A DNA stretch of 64,000 nucleotides from Desulfosudaceae bacterium. GTDB taxonomy: Bacteria > Desulfobacterota > Desulfobacteria > Desulfobacterales > Desulfosudaceae. Shown piece by piece: positions 34,470 through 44,114 of the stretch. Below the pieces are notes generated by a model. It saw nothing but the letters and a program-made list of their open reading frames with translations, ran no database searches and was not told the origin of the DNA. The position numbers were made by a program, and so were the translations under genes. Where the stretch lies: positions 2,528,001-2,592,000 of the forward strand of contig CAXXDV010000001.1 of NCBI GenBank assembly GCA_963674745.2. The letters are read 5' to 3'. Position 1 is the stretch's first letter; each line of letters begins with the position of its first letter.

Positions 34470-34862
34470 GAGCGTTCCTGCCTGTCAAAGGTTAACAAAA
34501 GGGATGGAAGACAGTTATTGACGGTAAAAATGAAAATTATAAGCATGAAAAAAATGTTTTCGATGAAAAAATAAACGGAACGTATATGGCTCCGATTCCA
34601 AAATTACAGGCTACTATTATAAACGTGTCCTGCTATTAAAACAATTTATTTTAACAGAACAGCACTTTTTGTTATAAAACAGCCATTTTTTTAAATTATT
34701 AAAATTCATCGGCATTCTGCCATGGATCCAGCTCCGGCCCCTTTAATCAAGCTAATTGGTTGTTTTTTTTAATTTCTTGTGTTGAGTTTTGCAGCTGTAT
34801 CAGGCAGAATGTAACTCCGGTTCGTTACCCGGACTGAAAACATGAAGGCATAAACGAAATAA

Positions 34863-35255
34863 ATGGCGGGTAAAAAACATATGGCGCGTGAGAAAATAAA
34901 GGATGCGGGGCTGGCCCTGGTGTTGCTCCTGTTATGGGCGGCCTGGGGACTGGCTGATCTCCGTCACCCCTTAATTGCGGTTGCGGCCGTGTGTATCCTG
35001 TTGTGTATGCTGGTGCCCGGTGCGTTCCGGCCGTTTGCTTTTTTATGGTATGGATTGGGGCACGTTCTAGGGGCCGTGGTCTCTCGAGTTGTACTGACGA
35101 TAGTGTATACGCTGGTGGTCGTCCCCGTAGGTCTGGCAAGGCGGCTGGTCGGGAAGGATGCCATGCAGCTGAAACGTTGGAAACAAAATGATGGTTCGGT
35201 GTTTGTGGTGCGCGATCACCTGTATACTCCGGAAGATGTGTCCCATCCCTATTAG
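34863..35255 (+). CDS. SxtJ-family membrane protein
   Basis: Hydrophobic N-terminal helices; WYGLGHVLGAVVSRVVLTIVY...PVGLARRLVGKDAMQLK and C-terminal HPY; next to an SxtK-like gene and a carbamoyltransferase. Confidence 0.8.
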   Translation: MAGKKHMAREKIKDAGLALVLLLLWAAWGLADLRHPLIAVAAVCILLCMLVPGAFRPFAFLWYGLGHVLGAVVSRVVLTIVYTLVVVPVGLARRLVGKDAMQLKRWKQNDGSVFVVRDHLYTPEDVSHPY

Positions 35256-35299
35256 ACCCTACTGGCGAGAAGCAACCCTATGAATAACAAGGATTAAAC

Positions 35300-35449
35300 A
35301 TGGAATTTTTTAAAGATTTGTGGGGCTTTTTAAATAAACGGAAAAAATACTGGCTGCTGCCGATTATATTGGTCCTCTTGTTCTTCGGGGCGCTGATTGT
35401 CCTGACCAGCGGAACCGCTGTGGCCCCATTTGTTTATACGTTATTTTAG
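35300..35449 (+). CDS. SxtK-like (DUF5989) small membrane protein, 49 aa; not in the ORF track
   Basis: Hand translation MEFFKDLWGFLNKRKKYWLLPIILVLLFFGALIVLTSGTAVAPFVYTLF*; AAGGA RBS; family hallmarks RKKxWLxP and APFxYTLF. Confidence 0.88.
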   Translation: MEFFKDLWGFLNKRKKYWLLPIILVLLFFGALIVLTSGTAVAPFVYTLF

Positions 35450-35463
35450 TCCGGAAGCTTGCG

Positions 35464-37338
35464 ATGAACGGACATATCCTCGGCATCTCAGCTTACTACC
35501 ATGACAGCGCGGCCGTGCTTTTGTCAGATGGTGATATTGTGGCCGCGGCCCACGAGGAGCGGTTTACACGCAAAAAGCATGATTCCGCTTTTCCGAAAAA
35601 CGCGGTTCGGTATGTTCTGGAGGAAGGCGCTGTAAGCATAGACGACCTTTCTGCTATCAGTTTTTATGATAAACCCTATCTGAAATTTGAACGTCTGCTG
35701 GAAACCTACCATGCTTTTGCTCCCCGGGGCCTGGTCAGCTTTATGGAGAGCGTACCGGTCTGGATAAAAGAAAAGCTGTTCATGAAAAACATGCTCTGGA
35801 AAGCGCTTGAGGACGTTGCCGGCGCACCGGTAAGGAAACGGCCGAAACTGCTTTTCCCCGAACATCATCTGTCCCATGCGGCCAGCGCTTTTTATGCTTC
35901 ACCCTTTGAATCGGCCGCCGTTCTGACCATTGACGGGGTGGGGGAATGGGCCACGGCTACCATATGTAACGCCGACGCCGGGGGGATGACCATTTTAAAA
36001 GAGTTGTGCTTTCCACATTCCGTGGGCCTGCTTTATTCGGCTTTTACGTATTACTGCGGTTTCAAGGTCAACAGTGGTGAGTATAAACTGATGGGGCTGG
36101 CACCCTATGGCAACCCGAACAGCGAACAATGTCGACGGTTTCGTAAGACAATTGAAGAACAACTGGTGGATATCCGGGAGGATGGGTCGATCCTTCTTAA
36201 CCTGGATTATTTCGACTTCGCCACGGGTTTGCGCATGTGTGCCGATAAAAAATGGGAAAAACTGTTCGGCCTGCCACGGCGTCTTCCTGAAAGCCCGCTT
36301 TCTCAACCATACATGGATATGGCCCTGGCCATTCAACAGGCGACTGAAACCATTGTTTTGCGCCTGGCCGAAACCGCCCGTAAAGAGACCGGCCGAAATA
36401 ATCTGGTCATGGCCGGCGGCGTGGCTTTGAACTGTGTCGCCAACGGGCGGCTGCTCGAGGCCGGTATTTTTGACAACCTGTGGATTCAGCCCGCCGCCGG
36501 TGACGCCGGCGGCGCTCTGGGAGCGGCTTACGCGGCGGATTACATCTGGAACAAACGCCAGTGGCGGCCCGATCCCGACGGGGCTGACAAAATGAAGGGC
36601 GCTTACCTCGGCCCGGCCTTCGAGGCGACTGATGTCCGGCGCATGGCCAGACGTTATGGGGCGGTTTATACGTCCTGCCCTGATATCGATGAACTTTGTC
36701 AAACAACCGCGGCACTTCTGGCCGAAGGCCGGGTGGTCGGCTGGTTCCAGGGCAGGATGGAGTTCGGCCCCAGGGCTCTGGGTAATCGGAGTATTCTCGG
36801 GGATCCCCGGATGCCGGATATGCAGAAGAAGCTCAACCTGAAAATAAAATACCGGGAAGGTTTTCGGCCTTTCGCGCCATCGGTTCTGATTGAAGATGCC
36901 GGGGAATATTTTGATCTAAAGACAGCTTCGCCCTATATGCTGCTGGTAGCGCCGGTTGGAGAAAAACGCCGCCGTCCCGTAACGGAGGGGTATGAACAAC
37001 TGTCCCTGTATGATCGTCTTTACACGCTTCGGTCCGATATCCCGGTGGTGACCCATGTTGATTTCTCCGCCCGTATCCAGACGGTACACCGCCGGACAAA
37101 TGAACGATACTGGCGCCTGATCGACGCTTTTAAATCCTTGACAGGTTATGGCGTGATTGTTAACACCAGTTTCAATGTCCGTGGTGAACCCATTGTCTGC
37201 ACCCCGGAAGACGCTTACCGATGTTTCATGAGAACCGCGATGGATTACCTTGTCATAAACGAGTTTATATTTGATAAACAGCAACAACCCGAATTTTCCG
37301 ATCCGGATGACTGGCAACAGACGTTTCAGCTGGATTGA
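35464..37338 (+). CDS. O-carbamoyltransferase (NodU/CmcH/SxtI family)
   Basis: ILGISAYYHDSAA, EERFTRKKHD, EHHLSHAASAF, DGVGE, GEYKLMGLAPYG, AGGVALNCVAN, GPRALGNRS and NTSFNVRGEPIV. Confidence 0.95.
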   Translation: MNGHILGISAYYHDSAAVLLSDGDIVAAAHEERFTRKKHDSAFPKNAVRYVLEEGAVSIDDLSAISFYDKPYLKFERLLETYHAFAPRGLVSFMESVPVWIKEKLFMKNMLWKALEDVAGAPVRKRPKLLFPEHHLSHAASAFYASPFESAAVLTIDGVGEWATATICNADAGGMTILKELCFPHSVGLLYSAFTYYCGFKVNSGEYKLMGLAPYGNPNSEQCRRFRKTIEEQLVDIREDGSILLNLDYFDFATGLRMCADKKWEKLFGLPRRLPESPLSQPYMDMALAIQQATETIVLRLAETARKETGRNNLVMAGGVALNCVANGRLLEAGIFDNLWIQPAAGDAGGALGAAYAADYIWNKRQWRPDPDGADKMKGAYLGPAFEATDVRRMARRYGAVYTSCPDIDELCQTTAALLAEGRVVGWFQGRMEFGPRALGNRSILGDPRMPDMQKKLNLKIKYREGFRPFAPSVLIEDAGEYFDLKTASPYMLLVAPVGEKRRRPVTEGYEQLSLYDRLYTLRSDIPVVTHVDFSARIQTVHRRTNERYWRLIDAFKSLTGYGVIVNTSFNVRGEPIVCTPEDAYRCFMRTAMDYLVINEFIFDKQQQPEFSDPDDWQQTFQLD

Positions 37339-37362
37339 TGGTGTTGTGGAGGATAAGGCGTT

Positions 37363-37980
37363 ATGGCCAAACGTGTTTTTCGTACCAGAAAAGAAATTAT
37401 AAAACTTTTTGAAGACCTGGGAATTGTATACCGGACCCGCACCCGCGTGGACTGGGAGCCGCTTTTTGATATCCGCCTGGATAAAAGTGCTTATTATATC
37501 GAGAATAAAGAAGAGTTTGAATCTCTTGCCAGGCGTTACGGCCCGTATGTTGAGCGGGAGGCCATGGCACCCGTTTATATCCGTCGGATCGACAAAACAA
37601 TCGGTTACGGTGTTTTCGCCGCCCGGGATATCCGCCGGGGAGACTTTATCGGTGAGTATGCCGGTGTGGTGCAGATTTCAGGAAAACACACGGATTGTTA
37701 TGACGATGACAAGGGATATGAGTCGGACTACAGCTGGTATTATCTGGACGAAATCGAAAAGGGCCCGGAGCTGGAAATAAACGGTCGCTTGGAAGGCAAC
37801 GAGATGCGTTTCGTCAATCACGGTGACAAGCCGAACCTGTGCGTGGAACACACCCTCTACCAGGGGCAGTGGGTATTGTTTTTTACGGCGGCCGTGGATA
37901 TCAAAAAAGATGAACAGCTGCTGATCAGTTACGGGGAGGCTTACTGGGACGAGAAATATCGCGAACAGCTGGCCATTTGA
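37363..37980 (+). CDS. SET-domain protein (putative protein-lysine methyltransferase)
   Basis: GYGVFAARDI, FIGEYAG, RFVNH and DIKKDEQLLISYG. Confidence 0.9.
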   Translation: MAKRVFRTRKEIIKLFEDLGIVYRTRTRVDWEPLFDIRLDKSAYYIENKEEFESLARRYGPYVEREAMAPVYIRRIDKTIGYGVFAARDIRRGDFIGEYAGVVQISGKHTDCYDDDKGYESDYSWYYLDEIEKGPELEINGRLEGNEMRFVNHGDKPNLCVEHTLYQGQWVLFFTAAVDIKKDEQLLISYGEAYWDEKYREQLAI

Positions 37981-37992
37981 GTCTTGTCGGTT

Positions 37993-39294
37993 TTATCGCA
38001 TCATGGACGGCAGAAACAGCGTCAGTTGCGGGAATATGATGATCAGGGCGACCGCCACGATCAGTGCCGCCAGATAGGGCAACGACCCTTTGAAAATGGT
38101 CTCCAGCGGGATCTCCGGCACAACACTTTGTACCACATATACATTGATGCCCACCGGCGGGGTGATGACGCCGATCTGTGTCACCAGAACAATCACCACT
38201 CCGAACCAGACCGGATCGTAATTCAGGGCGGTCACCACCGGATAAAATATCGGGATGGTCAGCATGATCAACGCCAGGGCATCGATAAAACAGCCGCCGA
38301 TCAGAAAAACGAGAATAATCAATGTGATGATCGCGTATGGCGGCAGGTCAAGACTTCCCACCCAGCCTGCGATGGAAAACGGAATCTGGGTGACCGCCAG
38401 AAAATGACCGAAAATCGTGGCGCCGGTGACAATCACCATGATCATGCAGGTGATCCGGGTGGTTTCAGACAGGGCCTGTAAAAAGCCTTTAATTGAAATG
38501 TTGCGCCGCATGACGGCCACCAGCAGGGTGCCAAAGGCGCCGATACCCCCGGCCTCGGTCGGCGTAAAAAGCCCGGCAAACAGCCCCCCCATAACCATGA
38601 TAAACAGCAGAATCGTTTCGGATACCCCGGAAAGAGAGGCGATTTTTTCCGGCCAGGGCGTCCGCTCGCCTTTGGGTGCGCTTTGGGGAAACAGCATGGC
38701 CCAGCCGATGACGACCAGCATGAACAAGGCGGTCAGCAATATACCCGGCAGGATGCCGGCCACGAACAGCCTGCCGATGGACTGTTCGGTCATGATGCCG
38801 TAAATAATAAAAATAACACTGGGCGGGATCAGGATGCCCAGGCTGCCGCCGGCTGCTACGGCACCTGTGCCCAGACTGTCGTGATAATGGTATTTTTTCA
38901 TTTCCGGTATGGTAATGGAGGCCATGGTGGCGGCGGTGGCGTTGGTGGAGCCGCAAATGGCTGAAAAACCGGCGCAGGCGCCGATGGTGGCGACACCCAT
39001 GCCGCCCGGTAGATGCCCGATGAATTTATAAACCGTGCGATAGAGGCGGGTGCTGATACCGGCGTGAAAGGCAATCTGTCCCATCAGAATAAATAAAGGA
39101 ATTACCGTCAGGCTGTATGCTCCGAAAACTGCATAAATATCCTTGACGGCCATGTTCAGGGCGGCGTCCGGCGATATGATCCAGCCAAATCCTACGATAC
39201 CGACCAGTGCCATGGCAAATCCGACGGGCAGGTGGGCAAATATCAGCACCAGCAATGCCGCAAAACCGATGATACCGATCAGGGTGGGTGACAT
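37993..39294 (-). CDS. dctM: TRAP transporter large permease
   Basis: IPLFILMG, LPGG, GSLGILIPPS, FTPTEAG and ITPPVG. Confidence 0.93.
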   Translation of the reverse strand: MSPTLIGIIGFAALLVLIFAHLPVGFAMALVGIVGFGWIISPDAALNMAVKDIYAVFGAYSLTVIPLFILMGQIAFHAGISTRLYRTVYKFIGHLPGGMGVATIGACAGFSAICGSTNATAATMASITIPEMKKYHYHDSLGTGAVAAGGSLGILIPPSVIFIIYGIMTEQSIGRLFVAGILPGILLTALFMLVVIGWAMLFPQSAPKGERTPWPEKIASLSGVSETILLFIMVMGGLFAGLFTPTEAGGIGAFGTLLVAVMRRNISIKGFLQALSETTRITCMIMVIVTGATIFGHFLAVTQIPFSIAGWVGSLDLPPYAIITLIILVFLIGGCFIDALALIMLTIPIFYPVVTALNYDPVWFGVVIVLVTQIGVITPPVGINVYVVQSVVPEIPLETIFKGSLPYLAALIVAVALIIIFPQLTLFLPSMMR

Positions 39295-39807
39295 TTAGCA
39301 GTCTCCCCCGGACGACTCCGATTCGGCAAAAGGACGGATAATCTGGAGTATGAACACCGCGCATAGAACCATGCAACCGGCCGCGATACCGTAAATAAAG
39401 GGGTAAACCGGTACCTGTAATGTCATGGAGACTTCGCCTACCCGGCGTGCATCAGCTGCATATAGCAGGAGGTAGCGTGTGAGCAGAACAAACATAATGG
39501 CGCAGACCACGGTATTGATTCTGTCAATAAAACCGGTAATTCTCGGCGGGAATTTTTTGATCAGAAAGTCCACCGCGATATGCCCGCGATTGATTGAAGT
39601 CGCGGCCAGGGAAAAGGAAATCATCACCGCTCCAAGAAAGCCGACGATTTCATAAGTACCTGGTATCGGGCACCGGAAGAAGCGTAAAACAACATCCGCC
39701 GTGGTCAGCAGCATCATGCCCACTACCGCAACTGCCGCCAGTTGGTTGGCTACAGCCGCGACAGTGGAGATCCAGTAGTCAATTTTCTGAATAAAATGCA
39801 TCGTCAT
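39295..39807 (-). CDS. dctQ: TRAP transporter small permease
   Basis: DVVLRFF, GTYEI and GHIAVD; four TM helices; lies between dctP and dctM. Confidence 0.9.
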   Translation of the reverse strand: MTMHFIQKIDYWISTVAAVANQLAAVAVVGMMLLTTADVVLRFFRCPIPGTYEIVGFLGAVMISFSLAATSINRGHIAVDFLIKKFPPRITGFIDRINTVVCAIMFVLLTRYLLLYAADARRVGEVSMTLQVPVYPFIYGIAAGCMVLCAVFILQIIRPFAESESSGGDC

Positions 39808-39811
39808 ACGG

Positions 39812-40822
39812 CTATTTTTTTAGCAGGTCACGCAGGGTGTCGACATATTTTTTGCCGGACAGATTTTTTTCTTTCGCGGCGGTGATATAATCATCGATGA
39901 CGGTTTGTACCTTGTCGTTCCAGAGAGCGGTCTGCTCATCTGATAACTGAACAATACTGTTCCCCAAACTTAATGTGTATTCGCGACCGGCCGCGTCGGC
40001 TTCATCCCAGGCCAGGCCGTGATTTTTAATTGCCTGCCGGCTGGTTTCCTCGAAAAGTGCCTGTATTTCTTCGGGCAGGCTGTTCCATTTGTCCAGGTTC
40101 ATGACAACATACATAGTAGTGGTGTAGCCGATGGAGGTGCATTCCGTGGTCGATTTGATGACCTCACCCTGGCGCCATCCTTTTAAGACCTCCATAGGTC
40201 CGAAGGTGCCTTCGACAACGCCTTTTTTAAGCGATTCATAGGTGTCTCCCTGGGACATGGCCACCGGAACACCGCCAAGCGCCTTGACAATCTTGGCACT
40301 CAATCCCGTAGAACGAATTTTCATGCCTTTTAAGTCATCAAGGGTAGTGACCGGTTTGCCGGTATGCAGGAGGCCGGGGCCGTGGGCGTGAAGATAAAGG
40401 ACCTTGACATCGGCCAGTTCCTCCGGGTGGATCGCCGTGTAAAAGTCATTGACGACTTTGCTGGCGGTTATGCCGTTCGGATACCCCAAGGGGAGGTCGG
40501 CTGCTTCCATAACCGGAAAACGGCCGCGGGTATAAGCGAAACAGGACATGCCGATATCAGCGATGCCTTTGACGACACTGTCGTATGTCTGCGGCGCGGG
40601 CGTCAGGGTGCCGCCGGGAAAGACCGTGATATCGACCTTGCCGCCGGATTTTTCATTAATGGTTTTGGCCCATTCCATACCGGCCTGGCACTGAACATGA
40701 GAGGCCGGGAAAAAAATGCTGTAGTTGAGTTTAATGGTTTTTGCCTCGGTTGGTGCGGTCAGGGTGACGGACAGCAGAACCAAAAGTATGATCAGGGTGA
40801 AATGAAATAAACGGTTGCCCAT
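39812..40822 (-). CDS. dctP: TRAP transporter substrate-binding protein
   Basis: AGGAG RBS before ATG 40822; signal peptide; FPGGTL, DLKGMKIR, ALGGVPV and YESLKKGVVEG. Confidence 0.92.
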   Translation of the reverse strand: MGNRLFHFTLIILLVLLSVTLTAPTEAKTIKLNYSIFFPASHVQCQAGMEWAKTINEKSGGKVDITVFPGGTLTPAPQTYDSVVKGIADIGMSCFAYTRGRFPVMEAADLPLGYPNGITASKVVNDFYTAIHPEELADVKVLYLHAHGPGLLHTGKPVTTLDDLKGMKIRSTGLSAKIVKALGGVPVAMSQGDTYESLKKGVVEGTFGPMEVLKGWRQGEVIKSTTECTSIGYTTTMYVVMNLDKWNSLPEEIQALFEETSRQAIKNHGLAWDEADAAGREYTLSLGNSIVQLSDEQTALWNDKVQTVIDDYITAAKEKNLSGKKYVDTLRDLLKK

Positions 40823-41094
40823 AACGGCCCTCCTTGTACATGGTTGATTAACGTGACTTCTTATACAATCCGTAAACCGTTTTGGTGTCAAGCCTTTTTT
40901 GGCTCGGTATCAGGGCTTGGTGTTGTGTCCGGGCGAAAAACAGAGAGATAATATTAACCATTTTGTTTTTAAGCAGCAAAAAAAGGTTTGACACTTTTTC
41001 ACCTCAGCGATTAGCATAGAAAAATAACTGGAGGGGAAACCGGCCTTTGCCGTCGGTCACCGAAAAATGATTATCAGGGCCATAAGGAGGTCGC

Positions 41095-41733
41095 ATGCGA
41101 TACAGTAAATATTTTAAACCGTTGAATAAGATGCGGATGATGGTTGTCCTTTGGCTTGCCCTGGGAATTGTCATCCTACCGGCCTGTTCCAAAAAGCCGG
41201 GAGATGACGGACAATCTGCCGGACAACCGGCGCTGACCGACAAAGCCGAGGAAAAACCGTTAACCCTTCAGGATAAGCGCCAGGAAATGCTCAAGCAGCT
41301 GCAGCAGATTAGAGGTGAATTGATTATCATGCAGGGTACAATCCTGAAAAAATATCCGGAATTGTCTGATGAGCAGGGCGCATTAAAAAACCGGATTGAA
41401 GAAAAAATGACATCTCTGCTGGTCGAGAAGGATATTGATCTCCAGCAGCTTCAGCTGCTTCAGAAAAAGCTTCAGGACCCGAACCTGCCCCAGGAAGAGA
41501 AAACAACCTTGATGCAGGAATTCCAGACAAAAGCGAAGCTGGCCAGGCAGGCGCGGGTCGATGCCATGAATGACCAGGCGATCAAGGACGCTTATCAGCA
41601 GTATGAAACACACCTGAAGGAAAAGTTGATCGCCGATCATCCCAACGCGCTTGAAAAGATGGAGGCGTTTGACAAAATCCAGGCCAGCCTGCAGGCACTT
41701 GAAGCGAATGCAGGTGTTGTGCCGGCCAATTAA
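41095..41733 (+). CDS. Hypothetical coiled-coil lipoprotein
   Basis: TAAGGAGGT RBS; lipobox-like LPAC; Q/K/E-rich helical body. Confidence 0.7.
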   Translation: MRYSKYFKPLNKMRMMVVLWLALGIVILPACSKKPGDDGQSAGQPALTDKAEEKPLTLQDKRQEMLKQLQQIRGELIIMQGTILKKYPELSDEQGALKNRIEEKMTSLLVEKDIDLQQLQLLQKKLQDPNLPQEEKTTLMQEFQTKAKLARQARVDAMNDQAIKDAYQQYETHLKEKLIADHPNALEKMEAFDKIQASLQALEANAGVVPAN

Positions 41734-41768
41734 CCTCTTTTGATGTATCGGGTTAACCCGGATGAATA

Positions 41769-42458
41769 ATGGCCGATAAATATACCAGGCCGACTGACTA
41801 TCTTGACAGCGAACACCCGGCGGTGGTGTCTTTTGCCCTTGATGCCGCAGGAAGCGCCCCTTCAGAACGGGAACGCGCCGTCAACCTTTATTACGCTGTC
41901 AGAGACGGTGTACGTTATAACCCCTATGCCTTTACCATGGACCGGGAAAAATACAAGGCCAGCTACACGCTGGCGGCCGGTGAGGGGTTCTGCGTTCAGA
42001 AAGCCGTTCTTCTGGGCGCGGTGGCGCGTGCGGCCGGTATCCCGGCACGGTTGGGATTTGCCAACGTCAGAAACCATCTGGCCACAGAGCGTTTGAAAAC
42101 ATTGATGGGAACCGATCTGTTCGTTTTTCACGGCTACACGGAATTGTTCATTAACGACAGGTGGGTCAAAGCGACTCCTGCTTTTAATCTCAGCCTGTGT
42201 GAAAAGTTCGATACGCGCCCCCTTGAGTTTGACGGCCTTTCAGATTCAATTTTTCATCCCTATGATAATAACGGCCGGCAGCACATGGAATACGTCCATG
42301 ATTATGGCGCGTTTGATGATTTTCCGTTTGAGAAAATGCTCGAAGAGTTTCGTCGTTACTACACGACCTGGTTTAATGACGATGTCAGTATCGATTTTGA
42401 CGCAATCGGCGGTGATTTTGAAAAAGAAAGGGCGCAGGACATCGAACCCAAATCCTGA
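41769..42458 (+). CDS. Transglutaminase-like domain protein
   Basis: YYAVRDG, GFCVQKA (Cys), AAGIPAR, FHGYTE (His) and WVKATPAF. Confidence 0.88.
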   Translation: MADKYTRPTDYLDSEHPAVVSFALDAAGSAPSERERAVNLYYAVRDGVRYNPYAFTMDREKYKASYTLAAGEGFCVQKAVLLGAVARAAGIPARLGFANVRNHLATERLKTLMGTDLFVFHGYTELFINDRWVKATPAFNLSLCEKFDTRPLEFDGLSDSIFHPYDNNGRQHMEYVHDYGAFDDFPFEKMLEEFRRYYTTWFNDDVSIDFDAIGGDFEKERAQDIEPKS

Positions 42459-42515
42459 TTTTTAGAGATACCCTGATGACATATCCGGGCTATCCCCTTA
42501 TTCGTCTATGGCTTA

Positions 42516-44114
42516 TCAGCTGTTATCGGGACAATGGCCGTCCCGCAGAAGGTCGAACAGCGTCTTTACCGGATTGAATGCGTTCGGAGGCAGTTCGACG
42601 AATACCGTATGCCAGAAAGCCATGGCACCGTTCCACAGGCCGGGGTGCTCCAGCGCTTTCAAATTCCGGCCATCCTTTGATTTCTCCGTGATGATGCCTG
42701 CCATGGGGTCGGCGTAGTTCTTAAGCTGAAACGGTCGGCCTGAAAAATCCCGGACCGCGCAGGCGAGAATAACCGGGTTGAAGTGGGTGGATGACTGCCA
42801 TATCTCTTTCTGCCCGGGGGCGGTCATATCCACCTGGGCCGATTCAATAATCTGGGCGCTGATGTTACCCCGGCCGTCTTTGACCCAGAAGGGGCCTCCT
42901 CCGGGTTCGCCGACGTTTTTAACCACGCCGCAGACGCGCAACGGACGGTTCAAAAGAGTCAACAGTTTCTGCCTCGCCGCCTCAGTATCACACCCCTGTA
43001 AAATGTCGGCCTGGGGCAAGTTCAGATATTCAGATGTCCGGGCCGCGATTTCTTCAATGGTGCTTTTCTCCGGGTTTTCGTCTTGCAGGCGTTCAATCAG
43101 TGAGAACAGGCCTTTCTGCAGTTTTACCAGCAGGCCGCCCATCGCGGTCAGGGCCGGGCCGGTTTCCTGCCTGACGGTTTTCTTAGCGATGTTATCAATG
43201 TTTTTAATAAACAGAATATCACCCTGGAGGTTGTCCATATTTTTCAGCAATGCGCCATGGCCTCCGGGGCGGAAAACAAGCCGCCCGTTTCGATCTCTGA
43301 ACAGCGTGTTATCGCTGGCCGCGGCAATGGTATCAGTCGACGGATGCTGGGTGGAAAACGTCACTTCAGGTATGATTCCGGTTTGTTTGGTGATGACTTC
43401 CACGGCGTGCTGAAGATGCGCTTTGATGGCCTGTTTGTGCTGCGGGGCAACCGTAAAATGGACCCGGCAGCCTTTTTTGCGATTGGAGAACAGTTCGACT
43501 GCTTCTGCCAGATGTTCTTCAAAGGCGGTCCGGGCGAACGCGGTGGCGCTTGTTTCGTTCTTATACCGGTGGAACGGGATTAATCCTTTTGGTAAATTGG
43601 CAAAATTCAGGCCTTTGGGGGTCAGCAGATATTCCAGGACAGCGGCATGGCCACCCGTCTCGATCATCCCCCGGCAGTTCAACCCGTCTTTGGCCATGGA
43701 TTTGACCAGGGCGTCATAACAGGCAAAACGGCTGATGTTGTTAATGAGTTCGGTCATGCTTTTGTCTGAGGAAAGGTCACTTTTATCTGAGTGATGCCAG
43801 GCGGCAATCAGATCCTTGAACATTCGGGTGGCAGCGCCGGAGGCCGGGACGAATTTGGTGACCCGGCCGCTATGAACGGCCTGTCTGAAAGTGGTGGCCA
43901 GCTCTTTTGCATCAGCGGCCGTAATTGTCAGAACACCATTGCCTACGGTGCAAGGCAACATCAGCTCCGGGGTAAAAACCCCCGATTTAAACAACTTGAG
44001 TTGTTCGGTGATGACCTTCGGCGTCAACCCGTGAGCCTTAATATCTTCCAGATCCTCTTTACTGAAGGTGCTTTTATTCATATCGTATTCGGCAGCCGGT
44101 AAACAGTTATTCAA
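42516..44114 (-). CDS. DUF4301-family protein (alternative start ATG 44081)
   Basis: KFVPASGAATRMFK, LPKGLIPFH, FRPGGHGALL, KNIDN, GEPGGGPFWV, THFNPV and FNPVKT. Confidence 0.85.
   Translation of the reverse strand: MNNCLPAAEYDMNKSTFSKEDLEDIKAHGLTPKVITEQLKLFKSGVFTPELMLPCTVGNGVLTITAADAKELATTFRQAVHSGRVTKFVPASGAATRMFKDLIAAWHHSDKSDLSSDKSMTELINNISRFACYDALVKSMAKDGLNCRGMIETGGHAAVLEYLLTPKGLNFANLPKGLIPFHRYKNETSATAFARTAFEEHLAEAVELFSNRKKGCRVHFTVAPQHKQAIKAHLQHAVEVITKQTGIIPEVTFSTQHPSTDTIAAASDNTLFRDRNGRLVFRPGGHGALLKNMDNLQGDILFIKNIDNIAKKTVRQETGPALTAMGGLLVKLQKGLFSLIERLQDENPEKSTIEEIAARTSEYLNLPQADILQGCDTEAARQKLLTLLNRPLRVCGVVKNVGEPGGGPFWVKDGRGNISAQIIESAQVDMTAPGQKEIWQSSTHFNPVILACAVRDFSGRPFQLKNYADPMAGIITEKSKDGRNLKALEHPGLWNGAMAFWHTVFVELPPNAFNPVKTLFDLLRDGHCPDNS

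Noticed and set aside
34863..37338. Saxitoxin biosynthesis
   Set aside because: Only sxtI/J/K-like genes are present; no sxtA, sxtG or other core genes in the window.
41030..41080. Glycine-riboswitch-like string (GGAGGG...hairpin...CACCGAA...TCAGG)
   Set aside because: Lacks the GGAGAG and GAAGG/GAAG core and the P3 pairing, is a single partial unit, and precedes a lipoprotein unrelated to glycine; an Infernal RF00504 scan would settle it.
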